Made by a program: the position numbers and the translations under genes. A DNA stretch of 64,000 nt, taken from the NCBI GenBank assembly GCA_947039955.1, contig CAMRAC010000004.1, forward strand, positions 47,344-111,343, read 5' to 3'. This DNA is from an uncultured Mycoplasma sp. (GTDB taxonomy: Bacteria > Bacillota_I > Bacilli_A > Mycoplasmatales > Metamycoplasmataceae). The notes below the pieces were generated by a model that saw only the letters and a list, made by a program, of their open reading frames with translations, was not told the DNA's origin and did not search any database. Shown in pieces: positions 11,374-21,977 of this stretch (position 1 is its first letter; every line of letters begins with the position of its first letter).

Positions 11374-13081
11374 TTTGGTAAAAGTCTTTTAGTTTTTTTC
11401 TTCTTTGGGGATGTTTTAATTTTCTCAAAACTTTAGTTTCAATTTGACGAACTTTCTCTCTTGTATATCCAAGTTGTAAAGCGATTTCGTCCAATGTATG
11501 AGATTTAATTCTTTCGCCATTTTCATCTATACCAATCCCATATCTTTTTTGAATGATTTCTTTTTCAAAGTCATCTAAGTGAGAATTAATCATTTCTTCT
11601 AAAATTGCAGATAATTCTTCTTGAGCTGCAAAATCAACTGGAGAAATAACATTATTATCTTTTATGAAATCACTAAATGATGAATCATCTTCTTTTCCAA
11701 TTGGTTTATCTAGTGAAATAGGGTCTATATTTATACGACGAATATATTGCACTTTTTCAGCAGTAAAATCTTCTCCATATCTTTCAGCTATTTGTTGATC
11801 TGTTGGAGTTTCATTTAGTTCTTGTTGTAGTTCTCTTTTAATTTTAATTATTTTATTAATTGTTTCTACCATGTGAACAGGAACTCTAATGGTTCTAGCT
11901 TGATCAGCTACAGCCCTTGTGATCGCTTGTCTAATTCATCATGTAGCATAAGTAGAAAACTTAAATCCTTTTCTTCAATCATATTTTGAAACAGCCTTAA
12001 TAATTCCGGCATTACCTTCAGAAATCAAATCAATAAAAGAAAGACCTCTATTTTTATATTTCTTAGCGTTATTAATAACAAGTCTTAGATTTCTTCTAAT
12101 TAAGATTTCCTTAGCTTTCTTACCATCACGTCCACCTTTTTCAATACGCTTAGCAAGATCGATTTCTTCTTCAGCTGTAAGTAATTGACCATATTTACCA
12201 ATTCAACGCATATATCATTTAACAATATCACTTGTTTCAGATAGTTTATTTTTCATATTTTTATCAGATACTCTTACATGTTTAATATTATCTTCAATAT
12301 CTAATTCATCTGTTTCATCATAATCTTTTAATTCCAAATCATCATCTAACTCATCAAAATCTTTTAATTCCAAATCATCAACATCATCCGAAGATGGTTC
12401 TTCGTCAGTTAAATCACTCATTTGAGCTGGTAACATATCTGACATATCTGCTTCAGTAGAGATAATATTTGTATTCATTAAATGCAAAATTAAATCATCC
12501 AGATCATTATCATCAATTTCTAATTTTTTCTTTTCAAGGAATTTGAAAACTTTTTCTTGTGATATATGTTTGTTTGAAGCATCTTTTTTAGTTTGTTTTT
12601 TTAACTCAACTTCAAGTAGATTAACAATGAAATCAAATTTAGGATTCGAAATAGTTGATTCTTCTTTTTTAACCTTTGGTTTAGAAGAAACTTTTTCTTT
12701 AGCTTCGGCTTTAGGTTTTGGTTCTAATTCAACTTTTGGTTTTGGTGTTGGCTTAGGTTTTGGTTCTAATTCAACTTTTGCTTTAGGTTCAACTTTTGCT
12801 TTTGGTGTTGGCTTAGGTTTTGGTTCTAATTCAACTTTTGCTTTAGGTTCAACTTTTGCTTTTGGTGTTGGCTTAGGTTTTGGTTTTGATTCTAATTCAA
12901 CTTTAGGTTCAATATCAGGTTTAACTTCAACTTTAGCTTTGACTTGTAACTCCATTGTGTCAAATGGAACTTCTTCTTCCTTTACAAAATTTTCTTCAAT
13001 TCTTTTTTTTCTAATAATTGAATTTGATTTAGAGAGTGTTTTCTCTAACTTTACACTACTTCTTTTTTTAAATAACGCCAT
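11363..13081 (-). CDS. rpoD: RNA polymerase sigma-70 factor RpoD with an extended repeat-containing N-terminus
   Basis: Track ORFs 12215-13081 and 11363-11872 are in one frame. The join reads ..[23 protein letters not shown]...[36 protein letters not shown]. 572 aa. Confidence 0.95.
12721..12895 (-). repeat. About 2.9 copies of a 60-bp tandem repeat inside rpoD
   Basis: 12781-12840 is repeated almost exactly at 12721-12780 and partially at 12841-12895. It encodes [22 protein letters not shown] units. Confidence 0.9.
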
Positions 13082-13084
13082 AAT

Positions 13085-14812
13085 TTATTTCCTTTGTTTT
13101 TTGGTTTTTACCTTGATTGAACTTTGTATTATTTTTGAAATAAAACTGTCATCGGGATTGTTCTCAACTGTTTTTTCTAGTTTTGTTTTGTTTTGAATTA
13201 ATTTCATGTCTAATTTATCTTTTTCTAAATTATTAATTGTTTCAATGAACTCTTCTTCAGTATTGGGTGGATTTTTCGTTTTCTCGATTTCCTTTAGTTC
13301 TTTTTCTAACTCATCATTTACGATGTAATCTTTTTCATTTTTTTTCATGATAATATATTTTGCTAACTCCATGTATTTTGAAGTTCCCAAAAATATGTCT
13401 CGAGATAAAAAAATGTCTATAAGTTTAGGGTTCTTCAACATTCCCAACAATAATCTATTAATACTAATAAATATGTAAGTACCTCTAATTTTAGTTGTTT
13501 TTGGTTCATTTGTAACAATATTTTTAGCAATTATTTTTCTAGGTGCTACTTTTGGAGCTCCTGGTTGTAAAATATTATTAATTTCATCCAGTTCAATATT
13601 CAATAATTGAGAAATTTTATTAGAATATTGCGACTTAACCATTGAGTTACATAAATTTAAGTAGTTGTTAAACTTTGTCAAAAAAGGTTTGATGTTATTT
13701 GGATTATTTATATCAACTGAATTAATTAAATATTGATAAATAAATTCAATCCCAGCCATTCTTTGATTTAACAAATACAAGAATTTTTCTTCTCCATTTT
13801 TATTAAGATATTCATCAGGATCATGTGGAGAATCATTTTTAATAACATCAACATCAATATTTGCCTTCATTAAAAGGAAGATAGATTTAATGGTTGCTTT
13901 AAGTCCAGCTTGGTCACTATCAAAGAAAAGAACTACAGAATGATTTTTTAATTTAGATGTATGAATTTCTGAAATAGATGTCCCCATTAAAGCAACAGCA
14001 TTATCAAGGCTAACTCTAGCAAAAGCGATAACATCCATAAATCCCTCAACCAAGTAAATTTCTTTTCCTGTTTCTTTTGCTCTTCAGAAGTTATAAATAA
14101 TTGCTGACTTATTAAATACTATTGAATCTCCAGAGTTTATATATTTATATACCTTCTCATCTTTATTTAAAGATCTTGAAGAGAGACCCACCACATCTCC
14201 AAAATCATTTTTAATTGGGAAAATAATTCTATCAGATATTGTTTGGTTTTCATTCTCATTAATTAATGACGCATTCATCATTGTAGAAACATTGTTATTT
14301 TTCTTAATCAGAAACTCTTTATATCCTTCAACATTCTTGGGTTTAGCATAACCAATTGAAAACATGTTTTGAATTTTTGCATCTAGATTACGATCTTTTA
14401 AAAATTGAAGAGCATTAATGTTTTCTTTAAACGTCAAGTCATAAGAAAACTTTTGTGTTATATCACTAAAAACTTTAATCATTTCTTTTTGAGTATCGTT
14501 GTATCTTGAGCTTTCAACATACTCAAAGTTTTTGTAATCAATTTCATATTTTTTAGCAAGAAAAACAACAGCTTCTTTTTTTGACATACCTTGGAATTTT
14601 TCTAAAAACGTAATTACATTTCCTGAAACTCCACAAGAAAAACATTTGAAAAATTGTTTTTCTTGAGAAACGGATAACGAAGGAGATGTATCGTTATGAA
14701 CTGTACAAATACCTTTATAGTTTTTTCCAATTTTGGAAAGATTAATAAATTCTCCAGCAACTTCAACGATGTCCGATTTCTGCAATATTTCATTAATTGT
14801 TGATGAACTCAA
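13085..14812 (-). CDS. dnaG: DNA primase
   Basis: CHC2 zinc finger (CTVHNDTSPSLSV...FKCFSCGVSGNVITF). TOPRIM region VEGFMDVIAF...LFFDSDQAG. The two track ORFs share a frame. The apparent start is TTG. Confidence 0.9.
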
Positions 14813-14822
14813 ACTAGCCCCT

Positions 14823-16187
14823 TTATTTTTTACTTATATATTTTTGAATATCTTTAATTAGAATTCTTTCTTGCTCCATAGTATCTCTATTTCTAACAGT
14901 GACCTTTTTATCTTCTAAAGAATCATAGTCAAATGTTATTGAGTAGTATGTACCAATAGAATCTTGACGTCTATATCTTTTACCTATTGAACCGGTTTCA
15001 TCAAATGATGTTGAAATATCATTTTGAACAAGGTCTAAATAAATTTCTTTTGCTTGTGGTGATAATTTCTTTACCAAGGGCAAGATGGCTACTTTGTATG
15101 GAGCAAGGTCTTTGTCTAATTTTAAAATGATACGTTCGTCACTTTCTAAAGTTTCAACTTCATAAGAATCCACTAAAACTGCTAATAGCAATCTATCAAC
15201 ACCAACAGAGGGTTCTATAACTGTGGGAATAATAAATTTGTTTGTTTCTGGAACCAAATATTTTAATTCAGTATTTGAACTTTTATTGTGTGATGATAAA
15301 TCAAAATCTTGACGATTAGAAATACCCATAACTTCTCCCCAACCAAAAGGGTAAAGGAATTCAATGTCACTTGTCCCCTTTGAATAATGAGCAAGTTCAT
15401 CTTTTTCATGAACTCTAATCATCAATGATTCTTTTTTAATTCCTAGAGATTTAATAAAATCAAATGATTTTTTAACATAGTAATTATAATCTTCTTCACT
15501 TCTTTCTTCAAAAGTAAAAAACTCTAATTCCATTTGCTCAAATTCCCTAGTTCTAAAAATAAAGTTACCAGGGGTTACTTCGTTTCTAAATGACTTTCCT
15601 ATTTGTCCAACTCCGAAAGGAAGCTTTAATCTTAAAGATCTTTGAATGTTATTGAAGTTAACAAAAATTCCTTGAGCCGTTTCAGGTCTTAAGTAAATAG
15701 AACTTTTTGAACCATCAATAACTCCTTGTGAAGTTTCAAACATTAAGTTGAATTGCTTGATACCTGTTCAATCAGTTTTATCTCCATCATACTCTTTAAC
15801 ATTTTCTTTTAAAAACATTTCTAAAAGTTCATTACTCATTCCATTGGCATTCTTTTTTGATATTTCTTCATAAATGTGATCTGCACGATATCTTTTTTGA
15901 TTAACTTTATTTTCAATTAAAGGATCAGAGAAATTAGAAATATGTCCGCTAGCTTCTCAAATTTTTGGATTAAGTAAAATCTTTGAATCAAGTCCAACAT
16001 TATTGATTTCTAAATTAACAAAGTTTTTTCATCAAGATGCTTTAATTTTATTAATTATCGCAATTCCTAAAGGACCATAATCCCAAGTATTAGAAAGTCC
16101 TCCATAAATTTCAGAGCTTTGAAATACAAATCCTGAATTTTTTAAATGATTTACAATATCCTTCATGTTTTTTTCATTATTTTTCAT
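14823..16187 (-). CDS. glyQS: Glycine--tRNA ligase (alpha2 type)
   Basis: [41 protein letters not shown]... continues to ...[14 protein letters not shown]...[28 protein letters not shown]. 1365 nt in one frame. Confidence 0.95.
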
Positions 16188-16332
16188 CGTTCTTCAACTT
16201 TCTATCGTTATAAATAAAACCTTATAACTATATGTATATATTTATTATTTTATCTTAATATAAAATAATTGTATTAATATTTACTATTTGTGTTATATAT
16301 TTTATTAAAAAATATGATATTATTAAAAAAAT

Positions 16333-17322
16333 ATGATGAACAATATAACTAACTTTAACTCAATCATACCTTCTCGTGTACCAAGTGGAGTATTTGGGTT
16401 TAATTTTTTATCTTGACAAGGTAGTAGAATTAGTTTTGAAAGATCGATGTGAATGGTTTATTTAATCTACGCAATCATCATAGCAAGTTCTTTTTTTCTT
16501 TTTATATTTAAAGATCAAGTACGTAAAGGTTTTCAAAATAATACCAAATCTATCACAATTGCTGCTCAAAGTTTTGGAATATTCATTATCGTTTTATCAA
16601 TATTTAGAGTAACCATTTTAACCATTGGAGGTTATCCCAACTCATGAGAACTAATTCCTTTTCATTTTTGTAGATTGTTCATTCTTCTAATATCAGTATC
16701 ACTTGCATTTAGAAAACTTCATTGAGTGAAATACTTCAGTGTCTTTGCAATTGGTGGAGGAATTATGGGATTATTAATTCCTGACTTAAGCAATTCAGAG
16801 TACTGAACAGAGTTTGGTGGAGCCGAAATAGGAATTGATAATTATATATTTTGAGATTACTTTACAATTCATGGTTCATCAGTTTTAATAAGCATTTACT
16901 TATTGGCAGCTTTAAAACCAGTATTTTATAAAAGTGAAATGACTTATACAATTCTTGCTATGGCATCATTTACAATTATTTTATTCGGAGTTAACTTGGC
17001 ACTTTCAACTCTTCCTGATAGAAGTTGAAGATCAAATTGATTCTACCTAGGAATTCCTTCTGTCAATGGAATAGATGATAAGTTAGCACCATTTTTAGGA
17101 CCATTAGTATCTTACCCAGCAATTCTATTTACTTTCATGACTATTGGATCGATAATGTATATTGGAGTTACAATGATTTATATTAACTCAGACAAATTAG
17201 TTTTTACATTTTGAGATAAAGAAAAAGGGATGAATACTTTTAAAGTCCATATAGTACCTTCTGAAAATATGCATCAATTCAAAATTGGTCCTGAAAAATA
17301 TCGTGAAAAATACAACTTGTAA
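16333..17322 (+). CDS. Polytopic membrane protein (possibly YwaF/TIGR02206-like)
   Basis: The ATG at 16333 is in frame with track ORF 16453-16647. The frame continues through about 9 TGA codons to TAA at 17320. Many hydrophobic segments are present. The family assignment is tentative. Confidence 0.6.
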
Positions 17323-17528
17323 TAATATAAACTATTTCCAAACTATACAATCAAATTAATAACTTTGAAATAAATGGTCCAGCTTCTATAATTAATAAAG
17401 ATTCAGAAGATCAACTTTTACAAAAGAGATAAATACTTGTTCTACAATATTATTATAATTATTAAATTAAATATGAAAACACTATCAAGATAAGAGATTA
17501 ATTAAATAAAAATATTAAGGCAAACGAA

Positions 17529-17558
17529 AACACCATTTCAATAATGGTGTTTTATTTT
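17529..17558 (+). terminator. Rho-independent terminator-like hairpin
   Basis: A 9-bp perfect stem, aacaccatt-tcaat-aatggtgtt, is followed by ttattttattt. Confidence 0.6.
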
Positions 17559-17603
17559 ATTTAGATATTTCTAAAGAATTATTTTACTAATTCAAGAATT
17601 GAC

Positions 17604-17676
17604 ATTTTTAGAACCATTAGTATCTTATCCAGCAATTCTATTTACTTTCATGATTATTGGATCGATAATGTATATT
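17604..17676. repeat. 73-bp duplicate of 17091-17163 (3' part of the upstream membrane protein gene)
   Basis: Hand alignment shows about 3 mismatches and no indels. Confidence 0.85.
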
Positions 17677-17679
17677 TGT

Positions 17680-17876
17680 ATATTCTGATTTAATTACTAA
17701 ATCAGAAGGCGCAGTTGGTTTATCAATAGGACCACTAATTGTTCCATCAACGGTAATTGTGAATCCTTCTGATACAAAAGTTTCATCTGCTTGAGCGGAA
17801 CATGAAACGATCGTTAATAGTATTATCCCAATTGGTAATAACCCATTGTTAATAATATTTTTTTAGCTTGTTTCAT
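17680..17876 (-). pseudogene. Frameshifted 5' remnant of a lipoprotein gene (LRR-lipoprotein-like signal peptide)
   Basis: The ATG at 17876 gives MKQAKKILLTMG and then a stop. One frame over it reads LLPIGIILLTIVSCSAQADETFVSEGFTITVDGTISGPIDKPTAPSDLVI. Compare LLPIGIIPLITISCSS of the genes at 41-45 kb. Confidence 0.5.
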
Positions 17877-17932
17877 TTTTTCTCAAAATATATTTCATTA
17901 ATATCAATTATAACCTTTCTTTGTTTAAATAC

Positions 17933-17960
17933 AAAAAAACCTTTTGTTAAGAAAGGTTTT
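17933..17960 (-). terminator. Terminator downstream of tsf (could act bidirectionally)
   Basis: An 8-bp stem, aaaccttt-tgttaag-aaaggttt. On the minus strand it is followed by a T7 run. Confidence 0.7.
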
Positions 17961-17984
17961 AATTTATAATTTTTTTATTAAATG

Positions 17985-18857
17985 TTATTTAGACATTTGA
18001 GCTTTAACTTCAGCTGCGAAATCAACAGATTCTTTATCGATTCCTTCACCAACTTCAAAACGAACCATAGCTACTTCAGTTGCATTTTTTTCACCTAAGT
18101 ATTTAGCTATTGTTTTTCCACCTTCAACAACATATTCTTGTTCAGTCAATGTGTCTTCAGATAATGATTTTCTTAGCATACCTTTTAGGATGTTTTCTTT
18201 AATAGCTTCTGGTTTACCTTGTAACGCTGGAGAGTCAGCAAATTCAGCTTTTAATTTACTTACTCTTTCAGCAGGAACTGATGATTCATTCAAGAATTCT
18301 GGATTCATAGCAGTAATGTGCATTGCGATACCTTTAAGAGCTTCGTCGTTTGCACCTTTAGCTACAAATAAAGCAGCTTTTTGTCCATCAGAGTGAGTAT
18401 AGTTACCAATGAAGATTCCATCTTCTTTAGCAAATTTAACAGCTCTTCTGAAAGAAATTTTTTCACCAATTGTTGATGTTGCTAATGTAGCAAGTTCTTC
18501 AATTGTTTGTCCTTTAGAGTTTGTTAATTTTGCTGCTTCTTCGTCAGTTTTAAAATCATTAGCTATTAAAATGCTTCCGATTTCATTAACTAGAGCAACA
18601 AATTTATCATTCTTAGAAACAAAATCTGTTTCTGAGTTTACTTCGTATATTACACCGAATTTATCATTAACAAGAGTTGATACTAAACCTTCAGCAGCAA
18701 TTCTTCCTGATTTTTTAACAGCTTTAGCAATTCCATTTTCTTGTAATCACTTGATAGCTTCTTTGATATCTCCGTTAGTAGCATCTAAAGCTTTCTTACA
18801 ATCAATAAAACCACTTCCTGTTAATTCTCTTAATTCTTTAATTGGATTTCCAGACAT
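17985..18857 (-). CDS. tsf: Elongation factor Ts
   Basis: [42 protein letters not shown]... continues to ...[12 protein letters not shown]. 873 nt. The start shares one nucleotide with the rpsB stop (TAATG). Confidence 0.95.
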
Positions 18858-19879
18858 TAAACTTCTCCTTCTTTTTTAGCTTTTGACTCAGGATTTGTAG
18901 CAGGCTTATCTTTATTTGCATAAAGAGGTCTTGGTGTTCATCCTTCTGGTCTTTCTCTTGGTACTCAACCTTCTGGTCTTTCTCTCGGTACTCATCCTTC
19001 TGGTCTTTCTCTATTTTCTCATGGTTTTCTTGGACCATCAAAACTTCTATTTGGATTTCTAGTAAATTGACGTCTTTCTTTATTAGCATCTACTGGTAAT
19101 ACAATTTTATCATCTGGTTGGTAAGCAAATTTAACTGTTCCATTTTTAGCTTCAACAATAGCATCTGCCAAAATAGTAATAATTAAGTTTAATGATTTTA
19201 CTGAATCATCATTTGCTGGAATTCCTAAATCTACTAATTCTGGATCACAGTCAGTATCAATAATTCCAATAACTTTAATGTTTCTTTTTCTTGATTCTTT
19301 AATAGCAATTAAATCATCCATTGGATCCGCAATAATCATGAATTGAGGAGCAGAATTCATATTTCTAATACCTTGTAAGTTTTTTTGTAATTTATCAAGT
19401 TCTTTTTTCTTTAGAATTCCTTCTTTTTTAGTGTAACCTTCAAAGTTTTTTTCTTCAAGTTTTTCTAAATCTTCCATTGCTCTAACACGAGAAAAGATTG
19501 TTTTATTATTAGTTAGAGTTCCACCTAATCATCTTTCACTTACATAAGCTGAATTTGTTCTTAGGGCTTGTTCTTTAATAACTTCTTTTGCTTGTCTTTT
19601 TGTACCAACAAAGATAAAGCTAGCACCTTTTTGAGCAGCTTTAAAAATTAATTTATAAGCTAATTCTAATGATTTTTGTGTTTTTGAAACATCAATAATA
19701 TGAGTATTCATTTTTTGTGTATGGATGTATGGAGCCATTTTTGGGTTTCATTGAGATTTTCTATGACCGAAATATGTTCCAGCTTCCAATAGTTTTTTTG
19801 TTGAAACAATTTCACCTGTTTCAGAAGCACTTAAACTTGTTTGTTCAAGAGCAGTTTCTTTTTGTTTGTCTTCTGACAT
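18857..19879 (-). CDS. rpsB: 30S ribosomal protein S2 with a repeat-containing C-terminal tail
   Basis: ..[16 protein letters not shown]... continues to ...FVGTKRQA, then ERW LGGTLTN, then IIDTDCDP. The track stop at 19019 is TGA. The frame continues ..[38 protein letters not shown].. to TAA at 18857. Confidence 0.95.
18939..19019 (-). repeat. Three copies of a 27-bp tandem repeat in the rpsB 3' end
   Basis: The units are tcatccttctggtctttctcttggtac, tcaaccttctggtctttctctcggtac and tcatccttctggtctttctctattttc. Each unit begins with tca, which is TGA (Trp) on the coding strand. Confidence 0.9.
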
Positions 19880-20173
19880 AATATTTTCCTTTTAGTTTGT
19901 TATTTTCTTCCTAGTACTTCAAAACAACTAGCATCTCATCTTCATAAGACACACCCAATTGAATCCGTAATAGTGCGTATTTTTTTCATTTTTTTATTTA
20001 ATGATTTAAATATCTAAAATAATTTTATCATAATATAAGAGGAATTTCCTATAAATATATAAGGTATTTAACTATAGTTTTTGGAAAATAAATTTTTTAC
20101 TTAATGCAAAATACCTGATTTTTACTGTTATTTCTTCAGCAATCTACTAAATCAGTTTATTATATTAAGTACT

Positions 20174-21466
20174 ATGAAACAAAAATATATTGATTCGGAA
20201 AACAAACCAAGTATAAATAAAAAATTAAATGTGTTCGAAACATTCTCCGGGATAGGTTCGCAGCACAAAGCCTTTAAGAACGCTTTTGATGAAAGTAAAT
20301 TTGAGATTGTGGCTACCTCGGAATGAGAAATTTACGCAATTATAGCTTATGATGCCATTCACCATGGTCCTGTAAAACAAAAGTCCTTAAATACTCTTTT
20401 AAATAGGGGGGGGGGGATTGTTTCGGTTGAAGACTTATCCACATTCCTTTCTCAATATTCTTTTTCAAAAAATGGTGAAAAAGAAACTGATATAAATAAA
20501 GTTATTAATAAAGAATTAGAACTTGCTCAAAGATTAGCGGTTGCAATGATTAGAAATAAAAATATTGGTAGTATTTTAGATTTTGATAAGATAAAAATCA
20601 GAAATAACATTAATTTATTAACTTATTCTTTTCCTTGTCAAGATTTATCAATAGCAAATATGGGGCGCGGAACCGGTATGGCTAAAGGTGCTGAAAATCG
20701 TTCAGGACTACTTTGAAAAGTGTCTAATATTTTAGAATCATACACTCCTGAAGAACTTCCTGAATTTTTGTTGTTGGAAAATGTACCCAATATGCTTTCA
20801 CAAAATCATAAAAAAGATTATGAAGAATGAGTAAATTATCTTGATTCAAAAGGTTATAAAACAGTCACAGAAATTTTGGATGCAAGACATTATGGAATTC
20901 CGCAAAGCAGAAGAAGAGTTTTTGCGATTTCTTTCAATATAAATAAATTAAATATCAATGATTTTGAAGATATTAAAACAAGGTATAAAAAACACTTAAA
21001 AGATATGGAAGATAATTTTATTTATGAAAAACCAAAAAAAGAAGTTAATAAAGTTTTAAACAAATCTTTTTTATCTCTTGATAAACATGAAGACGAAGCT
21101 TATTCTTGCTTAATGAAAGATACCCCATCTAGAGTAAAAATGGTCCAAGACAACAAAGATTTGTTAGATCCTAATTTGACTTACTTTAGAACTTTAACTA
21201 AAAAGCAGGACAGAAATCCTAATGTTGGTTTTGTTACAACTAACTTTTATAAGGAAGATTATTTAAAAGAAAGATTTATTACTCCTAGAGAAGCTTATAA
21301 AATTATGGGCTTTACAGATAAAGATTTTGAAAATACAAAAAATGATTTATATAAATTTTCAAAGGAAAAATATTATAGCCAAGCAGGAAATTCAATTGTT
21401 GTTAATGTTTTGGAAGCGATATTCAAATTTGTAATGGAGGTGTGAGATGAAAAAAATAGGAAATAA
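20174..21466 (+). CDS. DNA (cytosine-5)-methyltransferase (Dcm family)
   Basis: Motif I is VFETFSGIGSQ, motif IV is SFPCQDLS, motif VI is LLENVPN, motif VIII is QSRRRVFAIS and motif X is AGNSIVVNVL. Read with TGA as Trp, the frame is open from 20174 to TAA at 21464 (430 aa). Confidence 0.9.
20406..20416 (+). repeat. G11 homopolymer inside the methyltransferase coding sequence
   Basis: aaataGGGGGGGGGGGattg encodes N-R-G-G-G-I and is in frame in this sequence. Confidence 0.95.
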
Positions 21467-21977
21467 ATTTTCAAAGATAGGGACAAACCCGCATAAATAT
21501 GTTGAAAATTATAGATTATTATTTTTGAACATAGGCAAACAAGAAATATTAAAAATCAGGAGAGAAGATTTCTCAATAACGCACAACGGAGTAGAAGTCA
21601 AGAGTTTTGGAAGTGATGCAACATTTAGACAAAATATAGATTGTTGAGTGGGCTTAGGTCTTTTCATAAAAAAAGATGATAAACTAGTTAAAGTTTTTGA
21701 AAATATGAATGAAAGTGATTTTTATGAATATATCAGAGGAATTATATTGGTACAGTCAAACAATGAAAAAATAAATGTTTATAGAGACACAATAATAATA
21801 AAATTAATGAATTTTTTAGGGCTAGAAACTATTGAAAAATACAACCTTTCTTGCAGGACTAAATGTATAGTAAAAAAAGATATTGATGAAGAAACTGGTA
21901 AATTTGAAAAAGAATTGCTGAATGATAAAATGCTAAAAAGTATTTTGAAAATAATATGGGAGAATAAATATGAATAA
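21447..21977 (+). CDS. Hypothetical 176-aa protein (weak PD-ExK-like motif)
   Basis: The ATG at 21447 lies inside the last 20 nt of the methyltransferase gene. Track ORFs 21447-21647 and 21648-21977 are joined by one TGA. The segment ..RREDFSITHNGVEVKSF.. gives D41-x8-E50-x-K52. Confidence 0.6.

Noticed and set aside
12721-12895. Regularly spaced 60-bp direct repeats that could suggest a CRISPR-like array
   Set aside because: The repeats are contiguous with no unique spacers, lie inside the rpoD reading frame and encode a peptide repeat. No cas genes are present.
12543-13196. 217-aa plus-strand ORF with striking GFG/STF repeats
   Set aside because: It is the antisense shadow of the rpoD KPKP tandem-repeat region. 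The minus strand carries an unambiguous sigma-70 gene in the same interval.
16188-16332. Looked for T-box leaders upstream of glyQS, and also upstream of hisS-aspS at 26832-26978
   Set aside because: The leaders are only about 100-150 nt. I could find no specifier loop or conserved T-box sequence.
16303-16337. Direct duplication TATTAAAAAATATGA..TATTAAAAAAATATGA around the membrane protein start, creating a possible 12-codon upstream ORF
   Set aside because: It is very short and of extreme AT composition, so it may be chance. I could attach no functional signal to it.
18151-18879. Plus-strand ORFs 18151-18396 and 18409-18879
   Set aside because: They are antisense to the well-supported tsf gene. 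Low-complexity Ser/Leu/Ala-rich translations are typical of shadow ORFs.
18838-19089. Minus-strand 83-aa ORF with QEKDQKDE repeats
   Set aside because: It is an alternative frame over the 27-bp repeats at the rpsB 3' end. The S2 frame is continuous with the conserved S2 body once TGA is read as Trp.
21447-21977. Idea that the ORF overlapping the Dcm-type MTase 3' end is a Vsr very-short-patch repair endonuclease
   Set aside because: The position is right by analogy with E. coli dcm/vsr. The sequence, however, lacks the Vsr hallmarks I know (PD...F..GCFWH.H.C). It is kept as an unknown.
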